Origin: a virus
Lineage: Duplodnaviria > Heunggongvirae > Uroviricota > Caudoviricetes
Direction: 5' to 3' (one strand)
IMG/VR virus record: IMGVR_UViG_2713896772_000025
DNA: 4,095 bases
The notes under the pieces: model-generated
What the model saw: only the letters and a program-made list of their open reading frames with translations
Databases searched by the model: none
What the model was told of the DNA's origin: nothing
Shown here: positions 1-4,095 of the stretch, piece after piece
Layout: each line of letters opens with the position of its first letter
How positions within the stretch are numbered: the stretch's first letter is position 1
Program-made: the position numbers and the translations under genes

Positions 1-1164
1 TTACGCCTTCTTTATATCCTCCATAATTCCAGAGTGGGACATATTTGGGACATTATCACCAAAAATGTCGTCTATTTTCCTCGCATGCTCTGTCAAATGA
101 TTAGGCGCAAGGTGAGCATACCTACGAACCATTTCTATGGACTCCCATCCGCCCATTTCCTGAAGCACTGATAATGGGACGCCTGACTGAATCAGCCAGC
201 TTGCCCAGGTGTGTCTGAGGTCATGGAAACGGAAATCTTCAATTCCTGCACGACGACAAGCTGATAGCCATGATGTCTTGCTGTCGATGCGCATCTTCCT
301 GACCGCAGGCGTTGATGTTCCATCTGCTCGCTTAGCCGCCTTGGTATGTACAAACACCCATTTGTGATGCTTGCCTATTTGATCACGCAACACTTTACAG
401 GCGGTATCGTTCAGCGCCACACCAATGGCGCGGTTTGATTTGCTCTCTTCTGGATTCACCCAGGCAACTCGTCGCTGCATGTCGATTTGTTGCCATTCCA
501 GATTTATGATGTTCGACTTTCTCAGACCAGTTGCCAGCGCAAACTTGACGACAGATTTCAGTGGTTCGGGGCACTCATCAATAAGGCGTTTTGCTTCCTC
601 CTTTTCCAGCCATCTGACTCGCTTGTTTCTGACCGCTGGTATCTTGATGACAGGCGCTTTTTCCAGCCACTTCCAGTCGCGTTCTGCAGCACGGAGAATG
701 GCCTTTATCATGGCAAGATGCTTTGCCTTTGTCTGAGTTGATACTGGCTTTGGTTCATAAACAGGCGGTTCTTTACCTTTCCTGATGGCGGCCTGAACTT
801 TCTGTTTCCATATTTCTTTCGTCTTTCTGTTATGCATTCTGCTTACAGCAGAGTAAATCTTTGCCTCCGAGATATCTTTAAGCCTTATACCCTCAAAATG
901 TTCAAGCCAGAACTCAATCCGGCTTTTATCTGAATCGAGAGATTTTTTATCAGCTTTTTCCTCAAGCCATCTTAGGCAGGCCTCTTCAAAAGTGACATCA
1001 GGTAAATCCCCTAGCTTTTCTACTCGCCAGAGTTCTGCTTTTCGCTTGTCGTGCAACTCCTGAGCTTGCCGCTTGTCCTTTGTGCCAAGAGATTCCTTAA
1101 TTCGTTTCCCGCCCGGGAGCGAATACGAGGCATACCATATTTCATTTCTGCGGAAGAGTGACAT
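1..1164 (-). CDS. int: Phage tyrosine integrase (site-specific recombinase, P22 Int-like), 387 aa
   Basis: ATG at 1164-1162 with upstream SD-like AGAGGAAAG; TAA stop at 3-1. C-terminal catalytic region has the HDLRHTWAS (box II HxLRHT) motif and the tyrosine in MVRRYAHL. N-terminus [31 protein letters not shown] resembles P22-family integrases as recalled. Position at the prophage end next to xis fits. Confidence 0.93.
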   Translation of the reverse strand: MSLFRRNEIWYASYSLPGGKRIKESLGTKDKRQAQELHDKRKAELWRVEKLGDLPDVTFEEACLRWLEEKADKKSLDSDKSRIEFWLEHFEGIRLKDISEAKIYSAVSRMHNRKTKEIWKQKVQAAIRKGKEPPVYEPKPVSTQTKAKHLAMIKAILRAAERDWKWLEKAPVIKIPAVRNKRVRWLEKEEAKRLIDECPEPLKSVVKFALATGLRKSNIINLEWQQIDMQRRVAWVNPEESKSNRAIGVALNDTACKVLRDQIGKHHKWVFVHTKAAKRADGTSTPAVRKMRIDSKTSWLSACRRAGIEDFRFHDLRHTWASWLIQSGVPLSVLQEMGGWESIEMVRRYAHLAPNHLTEHARKIDDIFGDNVPNMSHSGIMEDIKKA

Positions 1165-1391
1165 TTTCTTTCCTCTGTTATGCCATCACCCGCGCTCACC
1201 TGGACAGTATGCAGCGGAGACTGAAGCGCCGCAATGCAGGCTTGCCGTGTTGTGAGGTAAGGAGATTTTGGCTTGGTTGGATCTTTACGTGTTGCCTGTA
1301 GGCGGCCTGTTCGTATCCAGTTGGTGGCGGTTGGTCTGGATATCTTAAGAAACTGACAGGCCTCATCGAGTGTGAGGCTGTATGATTCCAT
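1020..1391 (-). CDS. xis: Excisionase / recombination directionality factor, 123 aa from ATG at 1391
   Basis: ATG 1391-1389 preceded by GAGGT; N-terminus [31 protein letters not shown] is a typical Xis/AlpA-like helix-turn-helix; TAG stop at 1022-1020. Lies immediately upstream of int and overlaps it. The track start at 1421 is a GTG 10 codons upstream without a good SD, so ATG 1391 is preferred. Confidence 0.8.
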   Translation of the reverse strand: MESYSLTLDEACQFLKISRPTATNWIRTGRLQATRKDPTKPKSPYLTTRQACIAALQSPLHTVQVSAGDGITEERKCHSSAEMKYGMPRIRSRAGNELRNLLAQRTSGKLRSCTTSEKQNSGE

Positions 1392-1641
1392 GGTTACCTC
1401 TGCTTTTTGAACGCATGTCACGTAACTTCTTAATGTGTTCTGCCGTTTCGATCTCTTCTGCTATCCGATCTGCATCAGCTTTATTCACAGGTTCAAAGTC
1501 ATGATTAAAGCGGAACATGCTGGCGATACATGTTCTGCCTTTTCGGATGTAGTGAACTTTGTTGTGGGTAGAACGCAGGATTTTGCAGGGAGTGCCGTGG
1601 TGGTCGACGTACCAGGTGTTAGGAAAAATGATTCTGAACAT
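1363..1641 (-). CDS. Hypothetical small phage protein, 92 aa, Cys/His-rich (possible zinc-binding; occupies the position of lambda Ea8.5)
   Basis: ATG 1641-1639 preceded by GAGGTG at good spacing; TGA stop at 1365-1363. Contains a C-x6-H-x3-H-x7-C pattern (CKILRSTHNKVHYIRKGRTC). Sequence is protein-like and same strand as the operon; the overlapping plus-strand ORF 1435..1668 is Cys/Phe-rich and not protein-like. Confidence 0.65.
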   Translation of the reverse strand: MFRIIFPNTWYVDHHGTPCKILRSTHNKVHYIRKGRTCIASMFRFNHDFEPVNKADADRIAEEIETAEHIKKLRDMRSKSRGNHGIIQPHTR

Positions 1642-1688
1642 TTTTACACCTCAGTTGGACGATGTTGAAATTTGCTGCTTTGAGGCCA

Positions 1689-1907
1689 TCACAGTCCCCA
1701 TTGTTTGTTCTTAAGTTCGATCTCCTCCTGGCAACTTGCACAAGTCCGACAACCCTGAACAGCCAGGCGTCTTCGCTCATCTATCGGATCGCCACACTCA
1801 CAACAATGAGTTGCGGATACAGTCTGGTAGTTCTGACGACGCATTTTTATTGCTGTATTGCGCTGTAATTCTTCGATTTCTGATGCTGAATCAATGATGT
1901 CTGCCAT
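1689..1907 (-). CDS. TraR/DksA-family C4 zinc-finger protein, 72 aa (lambda Orf73-like)
   Basis: ATG at 1907-1905. Two CxxC pairs 14 residues apart (C35/C38 and C53/C56, plus extra Cys 36 and 59) in a ~70 aa protein, the hallmark of TraR-like RNA polymerase secondary-channel binders. Matches in size and architecture F-plasmid TraR (73 aa) as recalled. Confidence 0.82.
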   Translation of the reverse strand: MADIIDSASEIEELQRNTAIKMRRQNYQTVSATHCCECGDPIDERRRLAVQGCRTCASCQEEIELKNKQWGL

Positions 1908-1959
1908 CTTCCATTAATCCCTGAATTGTTGGTTAATACGCTTGAGGATGAATGCGAAC

Positions 1960-1986
1960 AATAAAAAAGGAGCCTGTAGCTCCCTG
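1960..1986 (-). terminator. Putative Rho-independent terminator (minus strand)
   Basis: Minus-strand RNA reads GGAGC-UACAG-GCUCC (plus 1983-1969), extendable by A-U and G-U pairs, followed directly by UUUUUUAUU (plus 1968-1960). It sits in the 98-nt intergenic space just downstream of the stop at 2006 and upstream of the TraR-like gene. Confidence 0.45.
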
Positions 1987-2005
1987 ATGATTTTGCTTTT
2001 CATGT

Positions 2006-2287
2006 TCACCGTTCCTTAAAGACGCCGTTTAACATGCCGATCGCCAGGCTTAAATGAGTCGGTGTGAATCCCATCAGCGTTACCGTTTCGCGGTGCTTCT
2101 TTAGTACGCTACGGCAAATGTCATCGACGTTTTTATCCGGAAAATGCTGTCTGGCTTTTTTGATTTCAGAATTAGCCTGACGGGCAATGCTGCGAAGGGC
2201 GTTTTCTTGCTGAGGTGTCATTGAACAAGCCCCATGTCGGCAAGCATAAGCACACAGAATATGAAGCCCGCTGCCAGAAAAATGCAT
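2006..2287 (-). CDS. Hypothetical small phage protein of the exo-xis region (93 aa from ATG 2287; 71 aa if started at ATG 2221)
   Basis: Minus-strand ORF with TGA stop at 2008-2006, same orientation and tight spacing (10 nt) after the upstream 63-aa gene. Neither start has a strong SD. First 22 residues (MHFSGSGLHILCAYACRHGACS) look less protein-like than the rest, so the shorter form is possible. Confidence 0.55.
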   Translation of the reverse strand: MHFSGSGLHILCAYACRHGACSMTPQQENALRSIARQANSEIKKARQHFPDKNVDDICRSVLKKHRETVTLMGFTPTHLSLAIGMLNGVFKER

Positions 2288-2297
2288 TCAGTGGTTG

Positions 2298-2489
2298 TCA
2301 TACCTGGTCTCTCTCATCTGCTTCTGCTTTCGCCACCATCATTTCCAGCTTTTGTGAAAGGGATGTGGCTAACGTATGAAATTCTTCGTCTGTTTCTACT
2401 GGTATTGGCACAAACCTGACTCCAATTTGAGCAAGGCTATGTGCCATCTCAATACTCGTTCTTAACTCAACAGGAGATGCTTTGTGCAT
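2298..2489 (-). CDS. orf63: Small exo-xis region protein, 63 aa (lambda Orf63-like)
   Basis: ATG 2489-2487 preceded by a strong SD (GGGAGG). 192 nt long and overlapping the upstream 60-aa gene by 28 nt, which matches the lambda orf63/orf60a arrangement as I recall it. TGA stop at 2300-2298. Confidence 0.75.
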   Translation of the reverse strand: MHKASPVELRTSIEMAHSLAQIGVRFVPIPVETDEEFHTLATSLSQKLEMMVAKAEADERDQV

Positions 2490-2644
2490 ACCGCCTCCCG
2501 TTTATTATTTATCTTCTCAGCCAGCCGCTGTGCTTTCAGTGGATTTCTGATAACAGAAAGGCCGGGAAATACCCAGCCTCGCTTTGTAACGGAGTAGACG
2601 AAAGTGATCGCGCCTACCCGGATATTATCGTGAGGATGCGTCAT
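2462..2644 (-). CDS. orf60a: Small exo-xis region protein, 60 aa (lambda Orf60a-like)
   Basis: ATG 2644-2642 has a GGGGAG SD about 8 nt upstream and overlaps the exo stop as ATGA. The track start at 2650 is only 2 nt from the SD, so it is disfavoured. 183 nt length and ATGA coupling to exo match the lambda arrangement as recalled. Confidence 0.75.
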   Translation of the reverse strand: MTHPHDNIRVGAITFVYSVTKRGWVFPGLSVIRNPLKAQRLAEKINNKREAVCTKHLLLS

Positions 2645-3212
2645 CGCCATTGCTCCCCAAATACAAAACCAATTTCAGCCNNNNNNNNNNNNNNNNNAAG
2701 TACCAGGCATCTTTTCGCGTCACCCACATGCTGTACTGCACCTGGGCCATGTAAGCCGATTTTATTGCCTCGAAACCACCGAGCCGGAATTTCATGAAAT
2801 CCCGGGAGGTAAACGGGCATTTCAGTTCAAGGCCGTTGCCGTCACTGCATAAACCATCGGGAGAGCAGGCGGTGCGCATACTTTCGTCGCGATAGATGAT
2901 CGGGGATTCAGTAATATTCACGCCGGAAGTGAATTCAAACAGGGTTCTGGCGTCGTTCTCGTACTGTTTTCCCCAGGCCAGCGCCTTAGCATTAACTTCC
3001 GGAGCCACACCGGTGCAAACCTCAGCCAGCAGGGTGTGGAAGTAGGACATTTTCATGTCAGGCCACTTCTTTCCTGAGCGGGGCTTTGCTATCACGTTGT
3101 GAACTTCTGAAGCGGTGATGACGCCGAGCCGTAATTTGTGCCATGCATCATCCCCCTGTTCGACAGCTCTCACGTCGATCCCGGTACGCTGCAGGATAAT
3201 GTCCGGTATCAT
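2641..3212 (-). CDS. exo: Lambda-type 5'-3' exonuclease (Red alpha), interrupted by a 17-N run; N-terminal 171 codons and C-terminal 12 codons present
   Basis: ATG 3212-3210 overlaps the bet stop as ATGA. N-terminal part [40 protein letters not shown]... closely matches lambda Exo as recalled. After the gap the true frame reads [12 protein letters not shown]-stop (2679-2641), matching the lambda Exo C-terminus. The track tail [17 protein letters not shown] is a frame artefact from reading through the Ns. Confidence 0.88.
2681..2697. other. Run of 17 N (unresolved or masked sequence / assembly gap) inside exo
   Basis: Directly visible as n characters. Flanking exo reading frames are offset in a way 17 nt cannot reconcile. 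Confidence 0.99.
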
Positions 3213-3994
3213 GCTGCCACCTTCTGCTCAGTGGCTTTCTGTTTCAGGAATCCAAGAGCTTTCACTGCTTCGGCCTGTGTCAGTTCTGACGATGCGCGAA
3301 TGTCGCGGCGAAATATCTGGGAACAGAGCGGCAATAAGTCGTCATCCCATGTTTTATCCAGGGCGATCAGCAGAGTGTTAATCTCCTGCATGGTTTCATC
3401 GTTAACCGGAGTGATGTCGCGTTCTGGCTGACGTTCTGCAGTGTATGCAGTATTTTCGACAATGCGCTCGGCTTCATCCTTGTCATAGATACCAGCAAAT
3501 CCGAAGGCCAGACGGGCACACTGAATCATGGCTTTATGCCGTAACATCCGTTTGGGATGCGACTGCCACGGCCCCGTGATTTCTCTGCCTTCGCGGGTTT
3601 TGAATGGTTCGCGGCGGCATTCATCCATCCATTCGGTAACGCAGATCGGATGATTACGGTCCTTGCGGTAAATCCGGCATGTACAGGATTCATTGTCCTG
3701 CTCAAAGTCCATGCCATCAAACTGCTGGTTTTCATTGATGATGCGGGACCAGCCATCAACGCCCACCACCGGAACAATGCCGTTCTGCTTATCAGGGAAG
3801 GCGTAAATTTCTTTCGTCCACGGATTAAGGCCGTACTGGTTGGCGACGATCAACAATGCGATGAACTGCGCATCGCTGGCATCACCTTTAAATGCCGTCT
3901 GGCGAAGAGTGGTGATCAGTTCCTGTGGGTCGACAGAATCCATGCCGACACGTTCAGCCAGCTTCCCTGCCAGCGTTGCGAGTGCTGTACTCAT
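3209..3994 (-). CDS. bet: Lambda Bet (Red beta) single-strand annealing protein, 261 aa
   Basis: ATG at 3994-3992, TGA at 3211-3209. Sequence [66 protein letters not shown]... matches lambda Bet as recalled along its full length. Canonical gam-bet-exo order with a 5-nt gam-bet spacer and 4-nt bet-exo overlap. Confidence 0.95.
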   Translation of the reverse strand: MSTALATLAGKLAERVGMDSVDPQELITTLRQTAFKGDASDAQFIALLIVANQYGLNPWTKEIYAFPDKQNGIVPVVGVDGWSRIINENQQFDGMDFEQDNESCTCRIYRKDRNHPICVTEWMDECRREPFKTREGREITGPWQSHPKRMLRHKAMIQCARLAFGFAGIYDKDEAERIVENTAYTAERQPERDITPVNDETMQEINTLLIALDKTWDDDLLPLCSQIFRRDIRASSELTQAEAVKALGFLKQKATEQKVAA

Positions 3995-3999
3995 CCGTT

Positions 4000-4095
4000 T
4001 TATACCTCTGAATCAATATCAACCTGGTGGTGAGCAATGGTTTCAACCATGTACCGGATGTGTTCTGCCATGCGCTCCTGAAACTCAACATCGTC
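4000..4095 (-). CDS. gam: Lambda Gam (RecBCD inhibitor), C-terminal 31 codons plus stop; 5' end lies beyond the window
   Basis: Minus-strand translation from 4095 gives [31 protein letters not shown] then TAA (4002-4000), matching the lambda Gam C-terminus as recalled. Located 5 nt upstream of the bet start. Confidence 0.85.

Noticed and set aside
425-741. Plus-strand ORFs 425..736 and 487..741 inside the integrase gene
   Set aside because: Antisense to a well-supported integrase CDS; Ser/Phe/Cys-rich low-complexity translations typical of shadow ORFs.
1073-1255. Plus-strand 60-aa ORF across the int/xis overlap
   Set aside because: Antisense to both int and xis; no SD; no protein-like features.
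1165-1420. cII/C1-dependent pI-type promoter (TTGC-N6-TTGC) for int within xis
   Set aside because: I could not find a convincing TTGC-N6-TTGC motif on the minus strand in this interval; not callable from sequence alone.
1392-1421. Longer xis starting at 1421 (133 aa, as in the ORF track)
   Set aside because: The codon at 1421-1419 is GTG with no SD; ATG at 1391 has a GAGGT SD and begins exactly at the helix-turn-helix.
1435-1868. Plus-strand ORFs 1435..1668 and 1662..1868
   Set aside because: Antisense to the 92-aa ORF and the TraR-like gene, which have good SDs and recognisable motifs; the plus-strand translations are Cys/Phe/Leu-rich and not protein-like.
2645-2650. orf60a start at ATG 2650 (62 aa, as in the ORF track)
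   Set aside because: The SD GGGGAG lies only 2 nt upstream of that ATG; ATG 2644 has proper spacing and forms the ATGA overlap with the exo stop.
2625-2680. Exo C-terminal tail ...[17 protein letters not shown] ending at 2625 (ORF track 2625..3212)
   Set aside because: Artefact of reading through 17 Ns in a fixed frame; the genuine exo C-terminus is in a different frame and ends at 2641.
2234-2797. Plus-strand ORFs 2234..2419 and 2441..2797
   Set aside because: Antisense to orf63, orf60a and exo; the second one spans the N-run.
3115-4033. Plus-strand ORFs 3115..3381, 3138..3431 and 3557..4033, and minus-strand 3526..3777
   Set aside because: All lie inside bet or exo on the opposite strand or in an alternate frame; bet and exo are supported along their full length.
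1-4095. Engineered lambda Red recombineering cassette
   Set aside because: The genes retain native phage context (overlapping small exo-xis ORFs, native xis/int, no heterologous promoter or resistance marker), and the integrase is not lambda-type, so a natural mosaic prophage is more likely.
1-4095. CRISPR arrays, tRNA/rRNA genes, IS elements, or a novel defence system
   Set aside because: No direct-repeat/spacer periodicity, no tRNA-like structures, no transposase-like ORFs or terminal inverted repeats; all coding capacity is accounted for by known lambdoid early-left functions and small exo-xis ORFs.

Overview
The window is the integration/recombination end of a lambdoid prophage. Every supportable gene is on the minus strand, forming one leftward early operon (read from high to low coordinates): gam (3' end only) - bet - exo - orf60a - orf63 - small ORF - intrinsic terminator - TraR/DksA-like zinc-finger gene - Cys/His-rich small ORF - xis - int. 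The int stop codon sits at positions 1-3, so the attachment site lies outside the window. Bet, Exo and the Gam tail match phage lambda Red proteins as I recall them, while the integrase resembles the P22-type rather than lambda Int, so the element looks mosaic. A 17-N run (2681-2697) interrupts exo. All plus-strand ORFs in the track look like antisense shadows. I see no CRISPR array, tRNA/rRNA or transposon, and no convincing evidence of a novel defence or other undescribed system. The least-characterised content is the run of small ORFs between exo and xis. All homology statements are from memory of the protein families and need confirmation by database search.
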